IMG/VR virus record: IMGVR_UViG_3300045988_167882
Span: 1 to 34,793 of that record
Length of the DNA stretch: 34,793 bases
Reading direction: 5' to 3' (one strand)
Origin: a virus
Shown here: positions 23,147-31,893 of the stretch, one piece after another
Layout: every line of letters begins with the position of its first letter
How positions within the stretch are numbered: position 1 is the stretch's first letter
The notes under the pieces: generated by a model
Database searches by the model: none
Told to the model about the DNA's origin: nothing
What the model saw: only the letters and a program-made list of their open reading frames with translations
Translations under genes and position numbers: made by a program

Positions 23147-24703
23147 ATGATAAAAAGAATTGTTTATAATAACAAAGCATTTAAAATAATAAATGATTGC
23201 GGGTTTTCTAGGTCAAATAGTGAAGTCACCTTTAATGATATAACAATAGATTTTACAGGATATACACTTGCTGATATTCCTGTAAAATATCAAGAAGTAA
23301 AGTTAATTGAAGTAGAAAATGAAACAAAGTTAACAGAAGGAACAGTATTGTTTACTGGTTTTGTTGATAGCATAAAATTATCTACTATGAAAATGAGTTC
23401 TGAAAACAGAGAACTTACATTAACACTCCTAAGCCCATTAAAAATGGCAACAGTAAGAACAGCTACAATAAATGGCACTTATACAATGTCAGATGCAATA
23501 ACAAGAATTTTAGAGCCATTAACAAATGATGGATTTATAATAGCAGAAATGAATGTACCAAACACTCAAATATTAGTATCATATATTATGCAATCAATTG
23601 AAAGTGTAATGAATGAAATATGTTTAAAACATAACATATTTTGGTATATAGATGAGAACAAAAATATATATGTAAATTCAATAAATTATCTGTTTGGAAA
23701 AAATGTAGCAAAAGAAATAACAGATACTAAAAAGGAAAAAGGATTATTTGGTATAGAACCTAGCATTGAAAGTGTTGATTATGCAAATGTAATCAATATA
23801 AAAAATGCTAGGTTAATTTATAAGTCAGAAGCAGTTTCCGAAGCATATGTTATTAACTATGATGGATTTGCGTTTCTTACATTGCCTAAAACGGTAAAAA
23901 AAGGAGATAATGTTGAATTAAATTATCCAATAATTATCAGTAAGGAAATTGCAAAACAAGTATTGAAAGAAAATGGAGATGACACATCTTTAACATTATT
24001 TGAAATAGCAGAAGGAACAAATATATATTCAATTATTTATAATGCTACAACAAATGAATTTGAAACAACAGGTTCTATTACATATAGTGATGACGAAGGC
24101 GATGAGGGAACAATAGTATTGCAAAGAGACAGTTTCTTTAATAATTTAATAACTTCTTTTAAATACAATGGAGAAACAGATATAATAATAGATACAATTT
24201 TAAGTAATACTGCATTAAGATATATAAAAATGCAATTTATGTATTCAAGAGAAATTGAAAAATTAAAAGGTGTTATTAGTGATAGTGGGCAAATTGAAAA
24301 AATAGTAGATGCAAATGAAACTTGGTATACATTAAAAGAATTAATCAATTATGCAAGAAGTTTAATTATGCAAGATACTAATAAAGTCAATTCTATAGTC
24401 TTAAAATATGACATAGACCCAGAGCTAAAAGTTGGAGATATAGTTGATATAGAATTACCAAAATTCTTTTCAGAGGGCAAATTTGCAGTAACAAAAATAG
24501 ATTATACATATGTTTCTGATTTAGAACAAAATTGGACAATCATATTGCAAAATTCAGCTTTATTAAGTAGCTATATTGATATATTTAGACCTAAGAGTTC
24601 ACAAGAAACAGAAACTCAAAATAGTAGTTTAGTAATTAGTGAATTTGTTGAGGAAGGGGTCAACGAAGTTCACGAATTATACACACCAGAAGCGGAGGTG
24701 TAA
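23147..24703 (+). CDS. Distal tail protein (Dit-like)
   Basis: ATG 23147 with SD AGGTG. 518 aa, directly after the tape measure gene. Confidence 0.65.
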   Translation: MIKRIVYNNKAFKIINDCGFSRSNSEVTFNDITIDFTGYTLADIPVKYQEVKLIEVENETKLTEGTVLFTGFVDSIKLSTMKMSSENRELTLTLLSPLKMATVRTATINGTYTMSDAITRILEPLTNDGFIIAEMNVPNTQILVSYIMQSIESVMNEICLKHNIFWYIDENKNIYVNSINYLFGKNVAKEITDTKKEKGLFGIEPSIESVDYANVINIKNARLIYKSEAVSEAYVINYDGFAFLTLPKTVKKGDNVELNYPIIISKEIAKQVLKENGDDTSLTLFEIAEGTNIYSIIYNATTNEFETTGSITYSDDEGDEGTIVLQRDSFFNNLITSFKYNGETDIIIDTILSNTALRYIKMQFMYSREIEKLKGVISDSGQIEKIVDANETWYTLKELINYARSLIMQDTNKVNSIVLKYDIDPELKVGDIVDIELPKFFSEGKFAVTKIDYTYVSDLEQNWTIILQNSALLSSYIDIFRPKSSQETETQNSSLVISEFVEEGVNEVHELYTPEAEV

Positions 24704-24704
24704 G

Positions 24705-25736
24705 ATGAAAGTTAAAAACGAATATATTATTATAAAAAATGGAAACAAACAAATTAAACTACAAAATTTAATACTAAATAAATATTTAGATTTAATAACT
24801 GAAAATCAAACTTTAAATAGCATACAAAGAAACAATTTAGAAATGGAAAGTTGTTATCTTAAATTTGACGAGCCACTTGAGTTTGATGAAAATAGCACAG
24901 TGACAAGCGATAATTTTGATATAACATTTGCTTATGAAGATATGAATATAAATTCATCTAACAAACAAATTGAAGTCAATTATTTATACACAAGTATTCC
25001 TAAAAGATTTAAAATATTTGATATTAGTAATGGAGGATACATTTATTCTCTAGAAGACTATATAGGAAGAAAAATAACAGCAATAGGATTTGGTCCTTCA
25101 TATGATGATGAAGCAATAGAATTATATGCTTGTGTAGATACAAGAAATTATAACTTATACATAGAAGATGTAAACAAATTATTTAGCATTAGTAGAAGAG
25201 ATATATTTTCAACTGATGCTAATTTTTATTGTCCTAGCAAACTAGTTGATAGCCCAATACATTTATTTAGTAAAATGCCATTTTTAGCTTCAAGAAGTGA
25301 TTATGGATATTTTGCAGTACCAGTCAGTATCGGACTAGGATTAACATATCAAACTATATCAGAAGAATATTCTATATTGCCATATAGTGAACATATTGAA
25401 GTAGGAACTAGATTACTTAAGATACTTAATGAACTAAATGTCACTTATAGTGATAATGGATTATATCCAGAATCTGACTTATTTCCTTCTGAAAATTTGT
25501 GGCCAGCAAGAAAGATAACAGAGGGAATATTCCCAAGTTTAAATGTATATCCTGGGGAGACTGTATATCCGTTAGAAGTACCTTATCAATATGTTCAAAT
25601 AAAATATGAAATATTCAAGATTACTGTAACAAATACTGTAGCAACCAAAGAAGATACAGGACAATACTATTTAATAAGTATACCTATAAATGGTAGAGAA
25701 AAGATAAAAACAAATATTTATTATGAGAGAGCCTAA
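24705..25736 (+). CDS. Tail/baseplate structural protein
   Basis: ATG 24705 with SD GGAGGTG. 343 aa. Confidence 0.6.
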   Translation: MKVKNEYIIIKNGNKQIKLQNLILNKYLDLITENQTLNSIQRNNLEMESCYLKFDEPLEFDENSTVTSDNFDITFAYEDMNINSSNKQIEVNYLYTSIPKRFKIFDISNGGYIYSLEDYIGRKITAIGFGPSYDDEAIELYACVDTRNYNLYIEDVNKLFSISRRDIFSTDANFYCPSKLVDSPIHLFSKMPFLASRSDYGYFAVPVSIGLGLTYQTISEEYSILPYSEHIEVGTRLLKILNELNVTYSDNGLYPESDLFPSENLWPARKITEGIFPSLNVYPGETVYPLEVPYQYVQIKYEIFKITVTNTVATKEDTGQYYLISIPINGREKIKTNIYYERA

Positions 25737-25764
25737 GGGCTCTTTTTTAAATGGAGGTAAAATT

Positions 25765-26277
25765 ATGGAAAAAATAAATTGGATAAATGGACAAAGTGGT
25801 GGAACACCGATTAGCGCTGAGAACTTAAATCTTATGCAGGATAATGCAGAAGAAGCAATAAAAGAAGTTACAGCAAATTTAGAACAATTAAAGATAGATG
25901 TAACAAACAGTAATGTATATTCAACAGAAGAAAAAATAATAGGAGTTTGGATAGATGGTAAACTTATTTATAGAAAAACAATGAAAATATCTTCAATAAC
26001 AGGTAAAACAGTTGCAATTAGTTTAAGTGAATTAAATATTGATGAAATATTTTTTGATTTTTCTAAAAGCAATTACAAGTGGAAAGATGCAAGCAGAACA
26101 TTGCCAATAGTGTCTGCAAATGTTTATGGAGACAATGTTACAAGTAATATAGTTCCGCAAGAACAAACTAATATATTTTATAATACAAGTGATAAAAAAC
26201 TTTATTGTGAATTTGGACTTAATAGACCTATTAAAGAAGCTGTTGTTACAATAGACTACACGAAAACAACAGATTAG
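25765..26277 (+). CDS. Tail fibre / receptor-binding protein
   Basis: ATG 25765 with SD GGAGG. The N-terminus INWINGQSGGTPISAENLNLMQDN is a common Firmicute phage fibre motif. Confidence 0.6.
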   Translation: MEKINWINGQSGGTPISAENLNLMQDNAEEAIKEVTANLEQLKIDVTNSNVYSTEEKIIGVWIDGKLIYRKTMKISSITGKTVAISLSELNIDEIFFDFSKSNYKWKDASRTLPIVSANVYGDNVTSNIVPQEQTNIFYNTSDKKLYCEFGLNRPIKEAVVTIDYTKTTD

Positions 26278-26290
26278 AAAGGAGAAAAAA

Positions 26291-26665
26291 GTGCAAGTAT
26301 TATTAAAAGATAAGTATTTTACAGGAATTTATACTGTAAATGGAAAACTTGAAGGTGGTATTGAAGTAAACGAATTACCACCAGAAAAAGACAGCAATAA
26401 AATGTTAGCATATAAATTAGAAAATGAAAACTGGGTATTTGATGAAAATAAATATCAAGAAATATTAAATGTAGAGGCAGAAGAGAAAAAACAAGCTAAA
26501 ATAAAAGAGTTGCAAAGTGAACTAAATGAATCAGACTATAAAATAATAAAATGCAATGAATATGAATTAGCTGGATTAGAATTGCCTTATGATATAGAAG
26601 AATTACATAAACAAAGACAAGCCTTAAGAGACAAAATAAACAAGCTTCAAGAAAGTGAGGGCTAA
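26291..26665 (+). CDS. Hypothetical protein (XkdW-like/fibre-associated position), GTG start
   Basis: 124-aa ORF, SD AAAGGAG. Confidence 0.5.
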   Translation: MQVLLKDKYFTGIYTVNGKLEGGIEVNELPPEKDSNKMLAYKLENENWVFDENKYQEILNVEAEEKKQAKIKELQSELNESDYKIIKCNEYELAGLELPYDIEELHKQRQALRDKINKLQESEG

Positions 26666-26668
26666 CTA

Positions 26669-26911
26669 ATGGAATCAATAATAGTAGCAATTATAACAGG
26701 CGGACTATCTCTAATAGGAGTTATAATAACAAATGTAAAAAGCAGTAAAGACATAGAAAATAAATTAAGTGTACAACAGGCAGTAACAGATACAAAAATA
26801 GAAGAACTTACAAGAGAAGTACGAATGCATAATAATTTTGCTCAAAGAGTTCCAGTTATAGAGGAACAAATAAAAGTAATAAATCATAGAATTACTGATT
26901 TAGAAAAGTAA
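26669..26911 (+). CDS. BhlA/UviB-like holin
   Basis: 80 aa. N-terminal TM IIVAIITGGLSLIGVIITNV followed by a charged coiled coil. Directly upstream of the lysin. Confidence 0.65.
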   Translation: MESIIVAIITGGLSLIGVIITNVKSSKDIENKLSVQQAVTDTKIEELTREVRMHNNFAQRVPVIEEQIKVINHRITDLEK

Positions 26912-26925
26912 GGAGGGCAATAAGA

Positions 26926-28293
26926 ATGAGAAATAAAATATTAACAATAGCGGTAGCAATATTAACAGCTACTGCTATTTTATTTGGTGTATATGTAAAT
27001 TATACAGAAACAGGAAAAATAGATAAAGATAAAGTAAATGAAGCAGTAGACACAATAGTGGATGCAATAAACACATATGAAATGACAAATGAGCAAGTAG
27101 AAGCTTTACCAACCACAGAAGTGGTCGAACAAACAGAAGAACAAGAAAATGCAGTTGAACAAACTATAGAAAACGAAAACTTTGAATTACAAGGCGAGAT
27201 AGCCTATGAAGGAGCTAAAGCTCAATCTTGGAATGTAGAATTAGGAGATTACAAAGGACTAACATACTATTCTCAATTAGACTCAAGATGGGCAAATAAA
27301 CCATACACAAGTTGTAATAACGGTTCACAAACAATAGGTTCAAGTGGTTGCGCACCAACGTGTGCTAGTATGATAGTTACTGCTACAAAAGGAGCAATAA
27401 CACCAGACACAATGTGCAATTTGTTTGTTAAATATGGCTATAGAAGTTCAAACAACGGAACATATTTAAGTGCATTTAGAGCAGTAGCAGATGAATTTGA
27501 TATTGCTTACGAAGAAACATACAACTTAGACAGAGCAGTAGATTTGTTAAGGAATAATCATTATGTAGCTGCAAGTTGTGCAAATGGGTTATTCACAACA
27601 GGAGGACATTTAATATTAATAGTAGGAATCGATGGAGATACATTAAAAATATATGATCCTTATCTTTATTCAGGAAAATTTGAAACATCTACCAGAAGAG
27701 GAAAAGTAACAGTTTCAGGAAATACTGTATATTGTTCAATAGATAACTTTAGAAGATATGCGAACTATACTAGATTCTTTGCATATGCTCACGATGAAAA
27801 TGTACCAACAAATAATACAAAACCAGTTGTTACAAATACATATACAAGATATGTTAAAGCAAATGGTGGATTAAATGTAAGATATTCTCCTAACGGAAAG
27901 AAAGTTGGAGCAATAACAAATGGAACACAAGTAACAATATATTCAACAAATGGCAACTGGTCAGAAATAGGAACTAACAGATGGATTTGTAGCGATTATC
28001 TAACAAGTTATATGCCTAGCAAGAAAAAATCTACTACAACTAAATCTCGCAAATATACTACAGGAAAATACAAAGTAACATCTAATTTAAATGTAAGAAC
28101 AGGAGCAGGAACAAAATATGCAAGAAAGAGTTATAAACAACTATCTGCAAATGCTAGATTACAAAATCGAAAATTAGGTGGAGAATATTCTGGATATAGA
28201 AAAGGTGTAGTATGCACAGTTACAAAAATAAAAAGCAACTGGGGATATACAAAATCTGGATGGATTTGTTTAGATTATTGTAAAAAAATATAA
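26926..28293 (+). CDS. Endolysin: N-terminal signal-anchor, C39-like (papain-fold) peptidase, two SH3 domains
   Basis: TM ILTIAVAILTATAILFGVYV. YYSQLDSRWANKPY..SSGCAPTCASMIV..GGHLILIVG..YDPY is C39_2-like. Two SH3b-like repeats (LNVRYSPNGKKVG.., LNVRTGAGTKYA..). Confidence 0.75.
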   Translation: MRNKILTIAVAILTATAILFGVYVNYTETGKIDKDKVNEAVDTIVDAINTYEMTNEQVEALPTTEVVEQTEEQENAVEQTIENENFELQGEIAYEGAKAQSWNVELGDYKGLTYYSQLDSRWANKPYTSCNNGSQTIGSSGCAPTCASMIVTATKGAITPDTMCNLFVKYGYRSSNNGTYLSAFRAVADEFDIAYEETYNLDRAVDLLRNNHYVAASCANGLFTTGGHLILIVGIDGDTLKIYDPYLYSGKFETSTRRGKVTVSGNTVYCSIDNFRRYANYTRFFAYAHDENVPTNNTKPVVTNTYTRYVKANGGLNVRYSPNGKKVGAITNGTQVTIYSTNGNWSEIGTNRWICSDYLTSYMPSKKKSTTTKSRKYTTGKYKVTSNLNVRTGAGTKYARKSYKQLSANARLQNRKLGGEYSGYRKGVVCTVTKIKSNWGYTKSGWICLDYCKKI

Positions 28294-28298
28294 AAGTT

Positions 28299-28337
28299 AG
28301 AGCTAGATTAATTAATTTTAGTCTAGCTCTTTTTTTG
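28299..28337 (+). terminator. Rho-independent terminator of the late operon
   Basis: agagctaga / tctagctct stem, T6 run. Confidence 0.8.
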
Positions 28338-28459
28338 TGCTAAAAATCAGCAAAATTGAGGCATAAAACTATATTACTTTAAAATTTAAATGCCTTAAAA
28401 TTGATTGTCGTGAGTCAAATTTTGACTGAAATTAAGGGATTTTTCTAAATAAAAGGTCA

Positions 28460-28488
28460 TTGAAAAAAATAAAAATATATGTTATAAT
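28460..28488 (+). promoter_or_regulatory. Sigma-A type promoter P1
   Basis: TTGAAA - 17 nt - TATAAT. Confidence 0.55.
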
Positions 28489-28489
28489 G

Positions 28490-28518
28490 TTGACAGAAAA
28501 TAAAAGAAATGCTAATAT
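28490..28518 (+). promoter_or_regulatory. Sigma-A type promoter P2
   Basis: TTGACA - 17 nt - TAATAT. Confidence 0.6.
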
Positions 28519-28574
28519 ATTTGTTACAAAAATATTACAAAAGCATTACTTTTATGAAATATTTAATTGTAATA

Positions 28575-28603
28575 TTGACACTTAAGAAATTTATGTATAT
28601 AAA
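28575..28603 (+). promoter_or_regulatory. Sigma-A type promoter P3
   Basis: TTGACA - 17 nt - TATAAA. Confidence 0.6.
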
Positions 28604-28609
28604 ATGTAC

Positions 28610-28707
28610 GAATGAATATAATAAATAAGAAAGTAAGGGTTGTCCCTTACATTCCCAAATTATCAGAATTGGAGTTTGTGTGGCTAGCGCAAACTTCACT
28701 TTTTTTA
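28610..28707 (+). ncRNA. Candidate antisense RNA overlapping the 3' end of the 69-aa gene
   Basis: Downstream of P3. Ends at hairpin agtttg..caaact (28673-28695) plus a T7 run (28700-28706). No ORF with SD. Confidence 0.4.
28621..28650 (-). terminator. Terminator of the 69-aa gene
   Basis: gtaaggg/cccttac stem overlapping the stop codon, followed on the minus strand by TTTCTTATTT. Confidence 0.6.
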
Positions 28708-28856
28708 TCTATCGGCATAATTGCCAATTTAGCTTCAAAACCTTTCCCTAACTTAGTAGGTTTAGAATAATGCAATTCCTTTAAGAAATTGGTAGCTTTT
28801 TCACAAAGATAGCCTAAAGCGAAAACTAAAACCACGATAGCTATTATAATCTCCAT
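28647..28856 (-). CDS. Small membrane-anchored protein, 69 aa (toxin or exclusion candidate)
   Basis: Strong SD GGGAGGTGAG. N-terminal TM IIIAIVVLVFALGYL. Own promoter, long structured leader, own terminator. Confidence 0.7.
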   Translation of the reverse strand: MEIIIAIVVLVFALGYLCEKATNFLKELHYSKPTKLGKGFEAKLAIMPIDKKSEVCASHTNSNSDNLGM

Positions 28857-29000
28857 TTACTCACCTCCCAAAACGAAAATATAAACTGTCATTCTTAGAT
28901 GCAGTATATCAGCAGTTGTGAAAGATATACTGCTGTATACCAGCAATAACAACTGCTGATTAATACACCTAAGATGTCGCTGGTGAGTATTCTAATAATT
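28857..29000 (-). promoter_or_regulatory. Structured 5' leader with anti-SD pairing
   Basis: tactcacc (28858-28865, overlapping the SD) and ggtgagta (28982-28989, leader 5' end) are perfect complements. A nested 12-bp inverted repeat atcagcagttgt / acaactgctgat and gcagtatat / atatactgc lie between them. Confidence 0.55.
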
Positions 29001-29007
29001 TGAAAAT

Positions 29008-29036
29008 ATATTATCAAAAATATATATCTATGTCAA
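29008..29036 (-). promoter_or_regulatory. Sigma-A type promoter of the 69-aa gene
   Basis: The minus strand reads TTGACA - 17 nt - TAATAT. Confidence 0.65.
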
Positions 29037-29116
29037 TAAAAAATAAAATGTTACAAACTTCGACAAAATAATCACTTTTAATGTGCTATAATTAACATAA
29101 CAAAGGAAGTGATAGT

Positions 29117-29281
29117 ATGAATATTTATAAGAAAAGTATTAATTACTTAAAAAAGCAGAATAAATATTTTACTAAAACTCAATGGAATAAAATAGCAAAT
29201 GAAAACAATTTATTAAGTGCAAGAACAATAGAATATCTTTCAGGGAAAACTTTAAAAAAATTAATTAATGAAAATGCCTAG
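29117..29281 (+). CDS. Hypothetical 54-aa protein
   Basis: SD AGGAAG. Product MNIYKKSINYLKKQNKYFTKTQWNKIANENNLLSARTIEYLSGKTLKKLINENA. TGCTATAAT extended -10 upstream. The terminator overlaps the stop. Confidence 0.5.
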   Translation: MNIYKKSINYLKKQNKYFTKTQWNKIANENNLLSARTIEYLSGKTLKKLINENA

Positions 29282-29304
29282 TATAAAACTAGGCATCATC
29301 TTTT
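29274..29304 (+). terminator. Rho-independent terminator
   Basis: atgcctagt / actaggcat stem, then catctttt. Confidence 0.65.
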
Positions 29305-29393
29305 ATATTTAAAACTAAAACTAAATCTAACCAAAACACATCAATATTACATTGACAAAAGCAAAAGAATGATATAATATTAAAGCATAATTT

Positions 29394-29481
29394 TTGACAA
29401 CTTTTTGACAACTTTTTAATGAGAAAATATGTACAAATTACAAAAAATAGACAACTAATTTATCTATTTAAAAGTTGTCAA
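29394..29481. repeat. attP arm (P): TTGACAACTTT x2 direct (29394-29404, 29405-29415) and x1 inverted (29471-29481); candidate integrase arm-type sites
   Basis: Exact 11-mers read directly. The same 11-mer recurs at 29614-29624 and 29626-29636 on the other side of the tRNA fragment. Confidence 0.7.
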
Positions 29482-29513
29482 AACATAGCAAACAAGCTAA
29501 AAAACACTGATAT

Positions 29514-29553
29514 GCCTGCATAGCTCAGTTGGTAGAGTGCAGCCTTGGTAAGG
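29514..29553 (+). other. tRNA-Thr(GGU) 5' fragment (positions 1-40) = probable attP core
   Basis: gcctgca-ta-gctc-agttggta-gagt-g-cagcc-ttGGTaa-gg fits acceptor arm, D-arm, anticodon stem and loop. The tRNA fold ends after position 40. Flanked by arm repeats and adjacent to int. Confidence 0.7.
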
Positions 29554-29575
29554 AAAAATTCGAATAACTTAAAAT

Positions 29576-29611
29576 AGACTTGTATGTAGAAATACAAGTC
29601 TTTATTTTTTT
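29576..29611 (+). terminator. Rho-independent terminator (also downstream of int on the other strand)
   Basis: agacttgtat / atacaagtct 10-bp stem, then TTATTTTTTT. Confidence 0.75.
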
Positions 29612-29613
29612 GC

Positions 29614-29636
29614 TTGACAACTTTATTGACAACTTT
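29614..29636. repeat. attP arm (P'): TTGACAACTTT x2 direct, overlapping the int stop codon
   Basis: 29614-29624 and 29626-29636, exact copies. Confidence 0.7.
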
Positions 29637-30741
29637 TTTCTATAGTTTTACAGATGTAACTATTTATTAATTCATCTGCATTTTCTCTTTCTTCGTCCAA
29701 ATGAGTGTATATGTTATAAACCATATCTGCAGAAGAATGCCCCATTAATTCTTGGGCTTTTTTAATTTTTACTCCAGCATAATATAACATTGTACAATAA
29801 GAATGTCTTAATTGATAATAAGAGAATTTAATTTTTTCATCTTCATTTTCTATATTTTTATTTATAGTTGTTAAAAAAGAATCTAAATGAGTTTTTAAGG
29901 CTTGTTTGGTTAACATAGCATATTTATCAGTTTCTTTAGTAAAAACGTATTCAATTTGATTTTCAGAGCAATAAGCTAGTCTTTCAGATAATAGTTCAAT
30001 TAAAAAATCTGGGATAGGTACTTTTCTATTCTTTAAATTTTTAGTAGGCTTTTTTACAGGTTGATTTCTTGCAAGAGAAACAGCTTTATTAATATTTAAT
30101 CGTTTATTAATTAAATCAACATCATGTATAGTTAAAGCTACAGCTTCTTCTGGCCTTAGACCGCAATATCTAAGTAATAATATAAATAATCCGTATTTAT
30201 GAGTTAAACCCAAATTAAAAACTTTTAAATCTTCTGATTGTTTCAAAGGCTTTCTTTCAGTCTTAGGAAACTTTGGAGCAGTTATTCCTAAAGCTACATT
30301 TTTAGATATAACATCATTTATAACAGCATCATTTAAAATTCTTTTACAATCTGCTAAAGTACGCTTAGTTAAATCAGTATATCCTTTTTTAGATAAGTCT
30401 GTTACAATTTCTTTTATATGATGATTTTTAAGATTTTTTAATTTTATATTTCCTATATATTCATTTAAATGTTTAATTCTATTTCGAATAGAATCTTGTG
30501 TAGAAATTTCTCTAAGAGAACAATTTATTTCAAACCATTTTTCAGCATATTGCTTGAATGTGATGTTGTTATTATCAATTAAAAGTCCATTGTTAATTTT
30601 ATATTTTAAATCAATGTATTGTTCATATAAATTAGAGGGTTCGTTAGAATAAATATATGTTGGTTTACTATTTATTGTTATCTTTTTCATCAATCTTCCA
30701 TCTTTTCTAATTGTATAATTCATATTTTTATATTTTGGCAT
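29623..30741 (-). CDS. int: Tyrosine integrase
   Basis: 372 aa, SD GGAGGAA. RYCGLRPEEA (catalytic Arg), LRHSYCT..GHSS..Y motif (R-H-x-x-...-H-...-Y) at the C-terminus. Confidence 0.9.
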   Translation of the reverse strand: MPKYKNMNYTIRKDGRLMKKITINSKPTYIYSNEPSNLYEQYIDLKYKINNGLLIDNNNITFKQYAEKWFEINCSLREISTQDSIRNRIKHLNEYIGNIKLKNLKNHHIKEIVTDLSKKGYTDLTKRTLADCKRILNDAVINDVISKNVALGITAPKFPKTERKPLKQSEDLKVFNLGLTHKYGLFILLLRYCGLRPEEAVALTIHDVDLINKRLNINKAVSLARNQPVKKPTKNLKNRKVPIPDFLIELLSERLAYCSENQIEYVFTKETDKYAMLTKQALKTHLDSFLTTINKNIENEDEKIKFSYYQLRHSYCTMLYYAGVKIKKAQELMGHSSADMVYNIYTHLDEERENADELINSYICKTIEKSCQ

Positions 30742-30751
30742 AATTCCTCCT

Positions 30752-30784
30752 TAAAAAATAAGATAAGTATTTTCAACTTATCTT
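30752..30784 (-). terminator. Terminator between repressor and int
   Basis: aagataagt / acttatctt 9-bp stem, followed on the minus strand by ATTTTTT. Confidence 0.6.
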
Positions 30785-31431
30785 TAGTTAATTTCAAATT
30801 TTCCTATGTATTTTCCTAATATCTTAATAGGGGTGTTTTTATCATATATTTGTGTTTTTATATCAGGGTCATCTGTAACAGTAGAATCTGGTTCAAGAAC
30901 AACAATATCTCCTTTTTGTGTAAAATGCTTTAATGTTGCTGTATAACCATTAACAAGGACAACTGCAATTTCTCCATCTTCAACACTGTCTTGTTTTCTA
31001 ATAAGAGCATAAGCACCATTCCTAACAACTTTATTCATACTTTCTCCGTTAACTTTTAGAAAAAAGCATTCTTCTGGATTTATAATACCCATTAGGTTAG
31101 GGTCAATAGGTAAATAACCCTCAAGGCATTCTTCCGCCCAATTAGGTTGTCCAGCTGAAATTTGACCATAAACAGGTACCATATAGAATTTGTTAGTTTG
31201 TTCATTATCACTTATTTTATCTTCTACTAAATCACTTTTTAAAATATTAAAATAATTTGCTAACATTTCAATTTTATCTATTCTAGGATAATATAAAGCA
31301 TTGCACCAACTTGAAACTGTAGAATATGGAATGTTTGTTATTTGGGCAATATCATTTCTAGTTTTATTATATTTTTCCATATAGTATTTTAGATTTTTAG
31401 AAAAAACCTCTTTATTACCTAAATCACTCAT
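30784..31431 (-). CDS. CI/LexA-like repressor (HTH_XRE + S24 peptidase)
   Basis: ATG at 31431 has SD GGAGG; the track start 31482 lacks one. HTH KTRNDIAQITNIPYSTVSSW. S24 motifs VNGESM and ATLKHF. Confidence 0.85.
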   Translation of the reverse strand: MSDLGNKEVFSKNLKYYMEKYNKTRNDIAQITNIPYSTVSSWCNALYYPRIDKIEMLANYFNILKSDLVEDKISDNEQTNKFYMVPVYGQISAGQPNWAEECLEGYLPIDPNLMGIINPEECFFLKVNGESMNKVVRNGAYALIRKQDSVEDGEIAVVLVNGYTATLKHFTQKGDIVVLEPDSTVTDDPDIKTQIYDKNTPIKILGKYIGKFEIN

Positions 31432-31522
31432 TTTATATAACCTCCACGTATTTATAGTAACATATTTTTTAGAAAAATGCAAAAAAAATTATAGAAAAAC
31501 TGAATTTTTTTTAAAAAAACTA

Positions 31523-31551
31523 TTGACATTATAGTTAAATTATAATATAAT
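31523..31551 (+). promoter_or_regulatory. Early rightward promoter (PR-like)
   Basis: TTGACA - 17 nt - TATAAT in the divergent repressor/cro intergenic region. Confidence 0.65.
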
Positions 31552-31583
31552 TCGGACAGTTAAAGAGAGGGGAGGATATATAA

Positions 31584-31781
31584 ATGGAAAAAGCAACACT
31601 AAAAGCATTAAGAATTAATAAAGGAATGACATTAGAACAAGCCTCAAAAAAGCTTGGTATAAATATTGTTACATTATCTAGTTATGAAAATGCAAAAACA
31701 TTTCCAGATGTACAAATAATAAATAAAATATTAAATTTATATGAAACTACATATGATAATATTAATTTTTTATGCAATTAG
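31584..31781 (+). CDS. cro: Cro-like HTH_XRE regulator
   Basis: 65 aa, SD GGGGAGGA. MTLEQASKKLGINIVTLSSYENAKTFP. Confidence 0.8.
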   Translation: MEKATLKALRINKGMTLEQASKKLGINIVTLSSYENAKTFPDVQIINKILNLYETTYDNINFLCN

Positions 31782-31893
31782 ATTATAATTAAACTGTAAT
31801 AGAAAAACTAGAATAAAAAAATACTTGACAAATAAAAACTTACGTTTTTATCAAACAAAAAGAAAATATATAAAATAGAGAGGAGGAAGAAAA

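Noticed and set aside
28538-28612. 23-aa ORF MKYLIVILTLKKFMYIKCTNEYNK on the plus strand between promoters P2 and P3
   Set aside because: It has no SD and spans promoter P3, so it is more likely non-coding leader or promoter sequence.
29514-29553. A complete tRNA gene
   Set aside because: Only positions 1-40 fit. There is no anticodon-stem 3' strand, T-arm or acceptor 3' strand downstream (aaaaattcgaataactt).
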